Below are positions 1 to 8,639 of a stretch of 24,383 nt of DNA, in pieces. Source of the stretch: Polyangiales bacterium (GTDB lineage Bacteria > Myxococcota_A > Polyangia > Polyangiales > Polyangiaceae). Location: contig JBBRNJ010000109.1 in assembly GCA_038230375.1 (NCBI GenBank), forward strand, positions 1-24,383, in the 5' to 3' direction. Every line of letters starts with the position of its first letter. Position 1 is the stretch's first letter. The position numbers and the translations under genes were made by a program. The notes beneath the pieces were generated by a model. It was not told where the DNA came from, did not search any database, and saw nothing but the letters and a program-made list of their open reading frames with translations.

Positions 1-140
1 ACCCCACTGGCAAGAAGGTGTCTGCCAAGGAACTACGCACGCTGAACATCGAGCGCGACGACTTTCATGGCGATTGGAACTACGTGATCAGACCTCGAAA
101 CGAAACGACCTGATCGGTCGACTTCCCCATTCGCGGGCGC
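1..140 (+). mobile_element. 3' end of an ISAzo13-family insertion sequence (transposase C-terminus plus probable right end)
   Basis: Frame from nt 3 reads PTGKKVSAKELRTLNIERDDFHGDWNYVIRPRNETT* (TGA 111-113), matching the YPTG.KV...FHG(D/E)WNY.I.P C-terminus of ISAzo13-family transposases. The right end is placed near 140 (…CATTCGCGGGCGC|TAA); this boundary is approximate because the left end is outside the window. Confidence 0.8.
3..113 (+). CDS. ISAzo13-family transposase, C-terminal fragment (5'-partial, not in ORF track)
   Basis: FHGDWNYVIRP signature; frame is open from the window edge to TGA 111-113. Confidence 0.85.
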   Translation, partial: PTGKKVSAKELRTLNIERDDFHGDWNYVIRPRNETT

Positions 141-151
141 TAAGGGAGTCG

Positions 152-411
152 ATGATGCGCAATGGCACCTGTTCGAAGTGTGGGAAGGCCACCGTTCACA
201 TGGCACGGAACGGGCTGCGGGTGGGCGAGCACGGTCGTACGGTTCTCTACCCTCACATGGAGCCGGGTTTCGCGGGATGATCGTGGGGCATCAGACCGAC
301 GGGCTCTGGCAGTTTGCCTGCGCGACCTGCGGCTACCTCGAGCTTCACGTCCTTGATGATGCGGCCCTCGCGTTCATCCGCCAGCGATGGCCCGTGGTCC
401 CGCCGCGCTGA
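152..411 (+). pseudogene. Small zinc-ribbon protein split by a 1-nt frameshift (pseudogene or sequencing error)
   Basis: AAGGGAG RBS at 142-148 and ATG at 152. MMRNGTCSKCG… runs in one frame and …FRGMIV…FACATCGYLELH…W in the next. Adding one base at GGTTTCGC (about 268-271) gives an 86-aa protein with two CxxC knuckles. Confidence 0.7.
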
Positions 412-435
412 GCCTCGTGGCATGAGGTTCCAGAA

Positions 436-1491
436 ATGGCGCGGTTGAAGGCAACACTGGTGTGGCTCGTGTGTCTGGTCGTCATCGGCGGCTATGCAGT
501 TGTTTTTTTCGTGTCCCGCGGCGCCGTCGGCCGCCCTGGCAACATCGAGCACGAGGCGGGGGCGCAGTCGCCGCAGAGGCCGGCCACGTCTGCGAGCGAG
601 CGCGGGCCCCAGGAGGGTGCTCCCCCGGCGGCGTCTGCGAGCGAGCGCGAGCCCCAGGACAGTGCTCCCCCGGCGGAGGGCCCTCGATTCTCCGCGGGCG
701 ACACCACGTACACCGAGCCAGGATCACCGTGCGACGGGCTCGCTGACATTGCCGATCTGGTCGCAGCCCATCGCCCCGACGCGAGCCGTGCGACGCTCGA
801 AGGGCTCGCGAAGCGCCGATACCCCACCGGTCTACCGTTTCTGCAAGCGCAGGACGACAAGACGCTCGCCGTGTGGCTTCGCGGTACGCCCCCGACGTTC
901 GAAGGGGCCGCGTCGCGCTTCGACGCCGCGGTCCACGAGGGCTCTCACCTCTGGGGCGTCAGGCGCTTCGACCTGGCAAAGGTGTTGTACCCGGTGCGCA
1001 CGGACCTCACGATCGAGACCGCGCGGCTGACGAACTTTCCTCGCAGTGAGATCCTGACTCTCCATGTCGACGGCGCGAACGACTCGTACGCCACCACGTA
1101 CCTTGGGGGGGCCAGCGGCGCGCAGGGCTTCAATGCCCTGCTCGACGAGTTCAACGCCTACACCCATACGCTGGCGGCGCGCGTCTGCACCCGCGACCTC
1201 GTCGACCCCCACACACGCGTGAGCGGTCGGGACGGGATCCTTGCCATGATGTACTACGTCGAGCTGTATCTCCGCATCGCGCGCGAGAAGCACCCTGTGG
1301 ACTATGCGGCGATCATGAAGGACCCCGGCCACCGTCGGCTCATCCGTGTCGTGTGGAATCGCGCCGAGCTGTGGCTACGGAGGAGCGCGGCGTTCCCTGC
1401 TCTCGGCGTCCACGACGCGCGCATCGAGCGCTGGGCGTACGCTGCAGACGGCCTCGCCGAGATCGCGCGAGTGCGTGCGGCCGATCGATGA
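436..1491 (+). CDS. Membrane-anchored hypothetical protein with HExxH motif (putative zinc metallopeptidase)
   Basis: N-terminal hydrophobic helix, Pro/Ser/Ala linker, AVHEGSH (934-948) and a downstream LLDEFNAY motif. Confidence 0.75.
   Translation: MARLKATLVWLVCLVVIGGYAVVFFVSRGAVGRPGNIEHEAGAQSPQRPATSASERGPQEGAPPAASASEREPQDSAPPAEGPRFSAGDTTYTEPGSPCDGLADIADLVAAHRPDASRATLEGLAKRRYPTGLPFLQAQDDKTLAVWLRGTPPTFEGAASRFDAAVHEGSHLWGVRRFDLAKVLYPVRTDLTIETARLTNFPRSEILTLHVDGANDSYATTYLGGASGAQGFNALLDEFNAYTHTLAARVCTRDLVDPHTRVSGRDGILAMMYYVELYLRIAREKHPVDYAAIMKDPGHRRLIRVVWNRAELWLRRSAAFPALGVHDARIERWAYAADGLAEIARVRAADR
587..676 (+). repeat. 45-bp tandem duplication inside the linker of the 436-1491 CDS
   Basis: 587-631 and 632-676 differ at 3 of 45 positions and encode SASER(G/E)PQ(EG/DS)APPA twice. 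Confidence 0.95.
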
Positions 1492-1496
1492 TCGCG

Positions 1497-2264
1497 TCAC
1501 GGGCCTTTCAGGACGCTGCAGTCTTCGTGGCGGAGCTCGTGGCAGGCTTCGGCGGCGGCTTCTCTGCAGCCCTTCGCGCAGGTGAGCGAGGTGTTGGAGC
1601 AGGCGAATACGCAGTCGCGGGCGCTGCCGGGGCTCTTGCTGCAGCGTGAGGTGCAGCCCTTCTGCTCCTCGGTGCACGAGAGTACGCACGCCGCCTGCGC
1701 GATGCGCATGTCCTCTGCGTGCGCGCGCCGCACGGACGGACCCGTGTAGGGCGGGGACGACAGTGACGTGGGCGGTGCGCCGTTCGCCTCGGAAGACTCG
1801 CCGTTCCACTGCGACAACGTGACGCATGGGGTGCCGGCGTAGGACGCGCACCCGAACGTCAGCGCCTGCCTCGCGTCGGCCATCGCGAGGACGCGATCAC
1901 GCTTGACGTTGTCGACCTCCGCCTTCACGTAGGCCGCGCACGCGTCGCGCTCGCCCAGCGAGCAGCCGTGGAAGAGCAACGTGCGCCCGAGCCTCTTGTC
2001 CACGCGCGCTGCCTCGATACACGCCCACGGATCGTGACCGTTCTCGCACGCGTCGGCCAGGATGTGTACGTACTCCGAACGTTCCTTCGGAGTGTCGAGC
2101 CCGCGCGCCTTCTTGCGCTCCGCCTTCTCCCACGCGACGTCGTCCTTCTTCGCCGCGACGGTCGGCACCGCAGGATGCACGACCGGTGCGTCCGTGCATG
2201 CGGCCACAACGATCCCTGACAGCGCGACGCAGACCCAGGCTGTTCGGGAGACGCGAGCATCCAT
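1497..2264 (-). CDS. Cys-rich putative lipoprotein with Sel1/Hcp-like helical Cys repeats and a C-terminal CX3C array
   Basis: Start chosen at ATG 2264 (ATG 2300 also possible); lipobox VVAAC; ACENG…AC and GCSLG…AC repeats; four CX3C units at the C-terminus. Confidence 0.7.
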   Translation of the reverse strand: MDARVSRTAWVCVALSGIVVAACTDAPVVHPAVPTVAAKKDDVAWEKAERKKARGLDTPKERSEYVHILADACENGHDPWACIEAARVDKRLGRTLLFHGCSLGERDACAAYVKAEVDNVKRDRVLAMADARQALTFGCASYAGTPCVTLSQWNGESSEANGAPPTSLSSPPYTGPSVRRAHAEDMRIAQAACVLSCTEEQKGCTSRCSKSPGSARDCVFACSNTSLTCAKGCREAAAEACHELRHEDCSVLKGP

Positions 2265-2316
2265 GCCGAGCGAACACCGCGCGCCCAGCAGACCTTCCAT
2301 GACGTTTGCGTAGGAA

Positions 2317-4749
2317 TCAGGCCGAGACGCTTCTGGTATCGGGCCGGTCCGTGGAGGTGGCCAGCGCCGCGGCCGGTGCTCCCCTGAACGCAGCGAACGC
2401 AAACAACGCGGCGGCGCCGTAGCAGGCTGCCGCAAGATGGAAGGTCGTGGAGAACCCGTACGACATGGAGAGCAGTACGGCGAGGCACGAGCCCACGACC
2501 GACGCGAACCCATTCACGCCCCACGCCCAGGGGACGAGCGCCGGCGCCACGCGTGTGAGGCGCGCAACGCCGAGCGGCATGAGCGCGCCGAGCACCACAC
2601 CCAGCGGCAGGACAAGGACCTGCGTGAGCAAGATCTTCGTGATGAAGGACCAGTGCTGCGTGGAGGCGAACACCGCGGGATGACCGACCGCCGATATGCC
2701 AATAGCGAAAGCCGCGAGCAGCCCCGCGTAGAACCCACGCGGCACGCCGAGATCGTTCGTTGCGAAGCGACCCGCGAGCTGCGAGCCGGCCCCCGCGCCG
2801 AGCAGCAGCGCCACCATCACGGCCGTGAGCGCGTACGTGGGATGGCCAAGGAAGAGCACGAAGCGCTGCATCATGCTCACCTCCAGGAACATGAAGCCGA
2901 TACCGATGCAAACGAAGTAGGAGCCCATGCCCATGGCGGTCTTCGGAGCAGTCGCAAGCGCGCGACGGCCGCGTTTCCATAGCGGCAGCAGCAGACACCC
3001 GAACGCGAGCACCGCGGACAGCAGCATGATCTCGGCCAGCAGGTAGGGACCGTCGTAGTAGAGGCGCTTCGGCTGCTCGATCACGTCTGCGAAGAAGCGG
3101 TGCTGGGGGCGGTAGAAGAAGAACGGCCAGTCGTCGGTCGAAGGGGAGAGCTCGTAGCTCTCCGTGCGGCTCGCCTCCGCAAAGGGGCTCTGTGCACGAG
3201 CGATCTCGGTCGTGCGACCGCCGACATCGCGAAGCGGGTGGTGCGCCCAGGTGAAGCCGGTGCTCTCTGCCTTGTCGTCCAGCTTCTTCGCAGAGGTCGC
3301 GTCCCACGGCGACTTCTTGAAGAGCAGGTTCGTCACGGTGACGGCCACGCGCGGCGTGTTTGGGGCCTCCAGGATGGCAAGGTGCGAGCCGACGTCCTTG
3401 ATCCCCAGCGAGCGCGCGGCGGCATCCACCATCACGATGAGGCGATAGACCTCGGGGCCCTGCCACCGAATCAGCGTGAGCACGCCGTCATCCGAGAGGT
3501 GGTCGATGTACTCGGTGATGGCCTCGAGCGTGTAGAGGTTGTTCTCCGAGAGCGCGAACGCCCCCGCCGCCGTGGAGGCCCACGTGTCCACGAGCGAGGC
3601 CTGGATCACGTCGAAATGGTCGTGTGAGCCGCGCACGAACGAGCGGCCGTCCATCACGTGCACGGTGACGCGCGGGTCCACGTAGATGCCGCCGGAGTAT
3701 TCCTGGAAGCGACCGCGCATGACGTCGTTCGCGATGATCGGGTTGATCTCCACCGCATCCACGTGGCGCATGCCGGAGCGGAGCGCGCAGAGCACGTCGC
3801 GACCGCCGCCGGCACCGATGACGAGCGAGTGATCGTGGGGCGATGCGACGTAGCCAATGGCGGTCAGCTCGGAGTCCAGGTGCTCCACGCCGGGGCCAGT
3901 CATGCCGTGGAGGATGGGCGTCGCGGCGGACGCATCGATGTCCATGAGGCGGCCTTCGGGTGGCGGGCCCTTGTACTTGGTGCCGAGCGCCCACGGCCCG
4001 AAGGGCTCGTCGTAGACGGCAAGGCGCGAGATCGCATTCCACGCCTCGTACGAGGGTTTCGCGTGCTCCACTTCCTTTGCCCATCGGACGCGCATCAGGC
4101 CGAAGGAGCGGTCACCGATGAACGCGAGCGCGACAACGCCGATGACGATCCATCCCAGCTTCTTCTCGCGCGCGGACGTCGTGCTGAACGCAATCACACC
4201 GCCAAGGGCCGCGACCAGGCTCGCCAGCAGGAGCGCAGATGGCGCGCCGAACATGGTGAGGAGGGGCGCGACGACCAGACCGCTGCCACCCGCGGCAGCC
4301 AGATCGATGGCGTAGAGCTTTGCGAAGTGCTGCCGCGAGTGCGTGAACACGAGCGCGATGGCGACGCCGCCGAAGTAGAACGGGATGAACGAGATCACGT
4401 ACACGAAGCCAACGCCCAGCGCGCGCCACACCGTGTACCGATCCGGAGAGAGCCCCATCTGCGCCAGGATCGCGAGCGCCCCCACGGCGCATGCGGCGAA
4501 GCGCAGCGACGCCTTGCGCGTGTCTTCGCCTGCGCTCGCTTCGGTGAATCGCTCGGGCCAGAGCGCCACGCGGACGCCTCCCGCAGCGAGGCCGAGCATG
4601 CCGACCGAGATCGCGATGAACGCGAAGTGGTGATACAGGATCACGGAGAAGAGCCGCGTGAGCAGCACCTCCTGCAAGAAGAGCGACGCCGAGAGACAGG
4701 CGATCGCCAGCGCGGGGCGGTTCTTGACGGGAGCGGTCGCGGCGGACAT
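2317..4749 (-). CDS. Integral-membrane spermidine-synthase-like / class I SAM-dependent transferase
   Basis: N- and C-terminal multi-TM domains flank a Rossmann SAM-fold core: LVIGAGGGRDV, DAVEINP, DGRSFV, FDVIQASLVDT, ENNLYTLEA. Confidence 0.88.
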   Translation of the reverse strand: MSAATAPVKNRPALAIACLSASLFLQEVLLTRLFSVILYHHFAFIAISVGMLGLAAGGVRVALWPERFTEASAGEDTRKASLRFAACAVGALAILAQMGLSPDRYTVWRALGVGFVYVISFIPFYFGGVAIALVFTHSRQHFAKLYAIDLAAAGGSGLVVAPLLTMFGAPSALLLASLVAALGGVIAFSTTSAREKKLGWIVIGVVALAFIGDRSFGLMRVRWAKEVEHAKPSYEAWNAISRLAVYDEPFGPWALGTKYKGPPPEGRLMDIDASAATPILHGMTGPGVEHLDSELTAIGYVASPHDHSLVIGAGGGRDVLCALRSGMRHVDAVEINPIIANDVMRGRFQEYSGGIYVDPRVTVHVMDGRSFVRGSHDHFDVIQASLVDTWASTAAGAFALSENNLYTLEAITEYIDHLSDDGVLTLIRWQGPEVYRLIVMVDAAARSLGIKDVGSHLAILEAPNTPRVAVTVTNLLFKKSPWDATSAKKLDDKAESTGFTWAHHPLRDVGGRTTEIARAQSPFAEASRTESYELSPSTDDWPFFFYRPQHRFFADVIEQPKRLYYDGPYLLAEIMLLSAVLAFGCLLLPLWKRGRRALATAPKTAMGMGSYFVCIGIGFMFLEVSMMQRFVLFLGHPTYALTAVMVALLLGAGAGSQLAGRFATNDLGVPRGFYAGLLAAFAIGISAVGHPAVFASTQHWSFITKILLTQVLVLPLGVVLGALMPLGVARLTRVAPALVPWAWGVNGFASVVGSCLAVLLSMSYGFSTTFHLAAACYGAAALFAFAAFRGAPAAALATSTDRPDTRSVSA

Positions 4750-4942
4750 GGGGCGGGGCTAACACAAGTCGTCCAGGCCGGTCCGAAATTGCAGAGCTGC
4801 GGGCCCGCCCCGGGGCCCAGGATACGACCGCACTTGTCCGCAGCAAGACGATGGCGATCAGGCACAACGCTGCCACGCCGCACGGGATCGTGCGTGTTCC
4901 CCACGATGCGCGCGCGGAATGAGCGTTGCACGGTAGCGAAGC

Positions 4943-5392
4943 ATGAGATCGCTCTGCCTGGTTGCGCTGGCTTCCATCTCGCTGTTCATGTCCGGGTGCG
5001 CCTCCACACCACCTGCTCACAGCGTGGTTGGCACCGTGCAGGCAACGGGCCGCGAGATGGGCGTGCTCCACGGGACCGATGGCCGCTGCCAGCGAGAGAA
5101 GTCTCGCGGGGCAGGAGAGGCCGTGCGGCTCACATTCAAGAACGAAGCTTCCAGGAGGGTCACGGTGATCGACATCCCCTACGAGAGCTCACCGACCCAC
5201 GTGGACGTGATCATTGCACCGACAAACGTCACGCTCACACGCCGCGTGTGTAGCGAGTTCAGCGCACACGTGAATTCCCAGACGATCGACGGCAACGAGG
5301 GCAGCTTCGCGAGCGGTACGCTCCATCTGTCCTGCAAGCTGCCTGCGCACGAGGAGGACCTGGACGTGATGGTCGACTTCGAGCAGTGCTGA
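4943..5392 (+). CDS. Hypothetical lipoprotein
   Basis: Signal peptide with lipobox FMSGC; beta-rich mature part with four further Cys. Confidence 0.75.
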   Translation: MRSLCLVALASISLFMSGCASTPPAHSVVGTVQATGREMGVLHGTDGRCQREKSRGAGEAVRLTFKNEASRRVTVIDIPYESSPTHVDVIIAPTNVTLTRRVCSEFSAHVNSQTIDGNEGSFASGTLHLSCKLPAHEEDLDVMVDFEQC

Positions 5393-5441
5393 CGATGGAG
5401 CTGTAAGTTCCAATCACGCGCGACGTTGGTAGAGTAGCCAC

Positions 5442-6440
5442 ATGCACAAGTCCCGCGTCCCGTTCCTGGTGCTCGCCAATCTTGGTCTATTGCCCTTCGC
5501 CGGGTGCAAGCAGGAGGACGCACCGCCGGTAGTCGCGCCGACAGGAGCGACCCCGACGGCGACTTCGACCCCGACTTCGACCCCAACCCCGACTTCGACT
5601 TCGACCCCGACTTCGACGTCGACGTCGACCTCGACCTTGACCCCGACCTTGACCCCGACCCCGACCGCGTCCAGTCCTCCTGTGCCCTCGGATGGCATGA
5701 AGACCTGCGTGACTGATCAGGACTGCGGGCAGGGTTACCTGCAGTGCGTGATGGCCCCTGGCGTCGCGGATGGTGGAAAGCCCGCTGGGCGTTGCCAGCA
5801 TCGCCAGAACTACCACCTGGGTCGGCCGCTCGTTGTGGACGGGGCGGCACGGATGGCGAGCTATGCACACGCGCCAGTGGTGACCACGCGCGAGCTCGAG
5901 GAGCTGATGCGCGCAGCACGCGAGGAGCACGCGAGCATCGCCGCGTTCGCGCGGACCGTCACCGAGCTCATGGCGCTGGGTGCGCCGCTCTCGCTGCTCC
6001 AGAAGACGCAGGCCGCGCTCGCCGACGAGATCCGTCACACCGAGATGACGCTCGATCTGATCGCCGCGGCCACCGGCGAGCGTCCGGTGCTCGGTCGACT
6101 TTCTGCTGCCGTGGCACCGCTGCGCTCTGGCGACGACGCGGCCGCGGAGCTCCTCGTGGACGTGCTGCGCGGTGGCGTGATCGGTGAGACCCTTGCAGCC
6201 GCACACGCGGAGACGCAGCAGAAGGTTGCGACCGACAACGCGTTGCGGGCGTTCTACGGGAAGATCATGGAGGACGAGGCCCGTCACGCGGCGCTCGCGC
6301 TCGAGACGGCGCAGTGGCTCCTCCGCGAGAACCCCGCGCTCACCAGCGTCCTGACAGAGGAGACCCGCGCGCTGGCGAGCGGCGGCTCGTTCGAGGCCCG
6401 CATGCTCGTCACGCCACTCTTCGCCGTGCTCGTCGGCTGA
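5442..6440 (+). CDS. Lipoprotein fusion: PT linker + 4-Cys module + ferritin-like di-iron domain
   Basis: Lipobox FAGC; CVTDQDC…C…C; junction GRPLVVDGAARMA; ligand motifs EEHAS, DEIRH, GETLA, DEARH. Confidence 0.88.
   Translation: MHKSRVPFLVLANLGLLPFAGCKQEDAPPVVAPTGATPTATSTPTSTPTPTSTSTPTSTSTSTSTLTPTLTPTPTASSPPVPSDGMKTCVTDQDCGQGYLQCVMAPGVADGGKPAGRCQHRQNYHLGRPLVVDGAARMASYAHAPVVTTRELEELMRAAREEHASIAAFARTVTELMALGAPLSLLQKTQAALADEIRHTEMTLDLIAAATGERPVLGRLSAAVAPLRSGDDAAAELLVDVLRGGVIGETLAAAHAETQQKVATDNALRAFYGKIMEDEARHAALALETAQWLLRENPALTSVLTEETRALASGGSFEARMLVTPLFAVLVG
5548..5666 (+). repeat. Hexamer tandem repeat (about 20 x CGACNN) encoding a T-P/T-S linker
   Basis: 6-nt periodicity in frame with TPTATSTPTSTPTPTSTS…TPT. 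Confidence 0.9.
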
Positions 6441-6456
6441 TCGCGGCTCAGCTGTG

Positions 6457-6918
6457 CTACGGCGGTCGCGGCCGGATCTTCTTCCAGCCGACCTCCAGGG
6501 CCGCGCCCAGCGCTATCCCAACGGTATATGCCAGCAAATCGCCAACGTGGAACTTGGAGCCCAGGACCAGATGTCCAAGGGTGGTCGACCGGATGCTCAC
6601 GAGCCACGGCGGCTCGTAGAGCTGGCTCACCTCCACGGCGTAGGAGATCGCGAGCGCGACGAGCGCGACCCGCCGGGTGCTCGCGCGGGGCCGGAAGAGC
6701 CCGACGATGAAGAACACCATCAGCGCCCAGAGCGCATCGCCTGGGTATTTGCCTAGCGCCAGCAGGAAGGGGACGCGCCGCGTTGCCAGCCCAAACCCCA
6801 CCGTGAGCGCGACCGATAGCACGGAGCCGATGCGCGAACGCTCGCTCGGCGCGGTTAAATGAGAAGACGCCGCGCAACGACCTGGGGGGGGATTAGGTCG
6901 TCGTCGCAGCGTCCGCAT
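6457..6918 (-). CDS. DUF2809-family membrane protein (start uncertain)
   Basis: GDALWALMVF, AVEVSQLY, IRSTTLGHLVLGSKF, DLLAYTVG pattern typical of DUF2809. Confidence 0.8.
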   Translation of the reverse strand: MRTLRRRPNPPPGRCAASSHLTAPSERSRIGSVLSVALTVGFGLATRRVPFLLALGKYPGDALWALMVFFIVGLFRPRASTRRVALVALAISYAVEVSQLYEPPWLVSIRSTTLGHLVLGSKFHVGDLLAYTVGIALGAALEVGWKKIRPRPP

Positions 6919-6925
6919 TCCTACA

Positions 6926-6941
6926 AGCTAGTTGCGTGCCA
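6926..6941 (-). promoter_or_regulatory. Putative sigma54 -24/-12 site upstream of the DUF2809 gene
   Basis: Minus strand reads TGGCACG-CAAC-TAGCT: GG-N10-GC spacing, one mismatch to TGGCACG-N4-TTGCW. The predicted +1 (about 6915) conflicts slightly with ATG 6918. Confidence 0.4.
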
Positions 6942-7109
6942 CGTCGGCGTCACCATGGGTCGCTTGGTTCGCGGTGGACGGAGCGCGGGCGCCGTGCAGA
7001 AGTGAAAATCGTGCATGCAAATCCGCGATCCGGAGGCCCGCAACCCATGCCGTAGGGGTTGACGGACACACGTAAGGCGACGATGGTTGAGGCCCTCGAG
7101 GAGATCATC

Positions 7110-8639
7110 ATGGGCTGGAATCTGAACGACCTCGCTTCTTCTGCTGGCGCGCCCGCTGCGGGCAGCAACCCGACTGGCTTCGTGCTCCCTTCGCGCGGCA
7201 CGCAGCACGTCTACTTTCGCGGCACGGATGATCACATCCACGAGCTCCTCTGGGACCGTCGCGGCTGGCGTCACAGCGATCTCCACGCCTCCTTGACGGC
7301 GCCGCTCGCCGTCGGTGATCCGGTCGCGATCGCGTCGCTGCGCGCGGGCACGCGGCACGTCGTCTATGTCGGCAAGGACGGTCACGTGCACGAGCTCGCC
7401 AGCAGCGCGGGTGGCGCGGCTGAGTGGCGCCACACCGATCTGCATGCGGTCGCGAAGAGCACCGCGGTGGTGCTGGGCAACCCCACTGCATGCGCGCTCG
7501 AGAAGAAGGGCTCGCGTCACGTGTTCTTCCGCGCCGAGGGCGGGCACGTCCACGAGCTCGCGTTCGAGAGCGGCGCGTGGCGCCACGAGGAGCTCACTGG
7601 CGCGGTTCGCGGTGCTGCTCTCGCCGCTGGCGATCTCTCGGCGCGCACGCACGAGGCGAGCGGCGCCGTGCACGTCGTCTACCGGGACAAGGATGGGCAG
7701 GTCCACGAGCTCCTCGAGGAGCAGGGCCCGTGGAAGGCGCAGAACCTGTCCACGCTCGCGACGGGCGCCGCGCCTGCAGTGGGTGATCCGACGTTGTACA
7801 TCTTTGACGGTCAGGCCACGCGGCACGTCAGCTACCGCAGCGCGGACGGCCACATCCATCAGCTGTGGTCGGACGCGAAGGGCACTCACCACGAGGACCT
7901 GACCGCGAAGACCAGCGCGCCTCTCGCCACGGGCGAGCCCACGGGCTACGTCTTCAACCTGCAGGGCACGCAGCACGTGCTCTATCGCGCGGCGGATGAA
8001 GGGCTCCACGAGCTCTGGTGGGACGTCAACGGATGGCACCACGACGCGCCGGGTGCGATCGGTCCGCACGTCGCGGGACGCGCCGCCGGGTACTCGTTCG
8101 AGCTGCAGAAGACGCAGCACGCGGTCTATCGCCAGCCGGACGGACGCATCGCGGAGCTCTGGTGGCAACCCGAAGGCACGGGCACTGGCGGCGCGGGCAA
8201 GAGCCCCGGGCAGAAGACGCTCTCCATGAAGTGGGATCCGATCGTGTTCGACGGCGGCATCCCGGTGAGCGGCGGCGCAGAGCTCTCACTCCAGGAGGAT
8301 GGTCGCTGGGCGTTCCACGGTCACTTCCACGGGTCGGGTTTCTCCGCGTTTGACGTGAACATTCTCTTCGCCGTTCGCTCGGCGAAGGGTGCCTTGTTCA
8401 CGTTCGGTGCGGACGGCGCCGTGTCGGGAACGCTTGGCGCGGGCTCGCGTGACTTCACGTGGAAGCTCGAAGGCACGGAGGCGGAGCTTGCCGCCGCCTG
8501 GGCAGATCTGGAGGCGGGCTGGAGCTGGCAGGCGCAGTCGGGCACCGGGCTCGAGTGGGGCGGCTTGTGGGGCGACGTGAAGGGCGCCCTCAGCGAGGTC
8601 GGCGTAGTGACGGCCGTGGTCGGACCGATGTTCGGTTGA
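7110..8639 (+). CDS. Seven-repeat beta-propeller lectin-like protein (fucose-lectin/PLL-like repeats) with extra C-terminal domain
   Basis: GAGGAG RBS at 7098-7103 supports ATG 7110. Seven ~50-aa repeats W.H.DL…G.P…HV.YR..DGH(I/V)HEL, a G/T linker, then a ~140-aa C-terminal domain; no signal peptide. Confidence 0.8.
   Translation: MGWNLNDLASSAGAPAAGSNPTGFVLPSRGTQHVYFRGTDDHIHELLWDRRGWRHSDLHASLTAPLAVGDPVAIASLRAGTRHVVYVGKDGHVHELASSAGGAAEWRHTDLHAVAKSTAVVLGNPTACALEKKGSRHVFFRAEGGHVHELAFESGAWRHEELTGAVRGAALAAGDLSARTHEASGAVHVVYRDKDGQVHELLEEQGPWKAQNLSTLATGAAPAVGDPTLYIFDGQATRHVSYRSADGHIHQLWSDAKGTHHEDLTAKTSAPLATGEPTGYVFNLQGTQHVLYRAADEGLHELWWDVNGWHHDAPGAIGPHVAGRAAGYSFELQKTQHAVYRQPDGRIAELWWQPEGTGTGGAGKSPGQKTLSMKWDPIVFDGGIPVSGGAELSLQEDGRWAFHGHFHGSGFSAFDVNILFAVRSAKGALFTFGADGAVSGTLGAGSRDFTWKLEGTEAELAAAWADLEAGWSWQAQSGTGLEWGGLWGDVKGALSEVGVVTAVVGPMFG

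Noticed and set aside
1925..5253. Long alternative-frame ORFs (1925-3466 -, 3658-5253 +) and similar ones such as 6921-8168, 17856-19298, 23333-24277
   Set aside because: Arg/Ala/Gly-rich shadow frames of real genes, expected at high GC; no family motifs.
5548..5666. Periodic repeat as a possible CRISPR array
   Set aside because: 6-nt period, no unique spacers, in-frame Pro/Thr linker, no cas genes.
6884..6891. G8 run as a phase-variation tract
   Set aside because: Short for a high-GC genome and lies in an N-terminal region that may not be translated; no supporting evidence.
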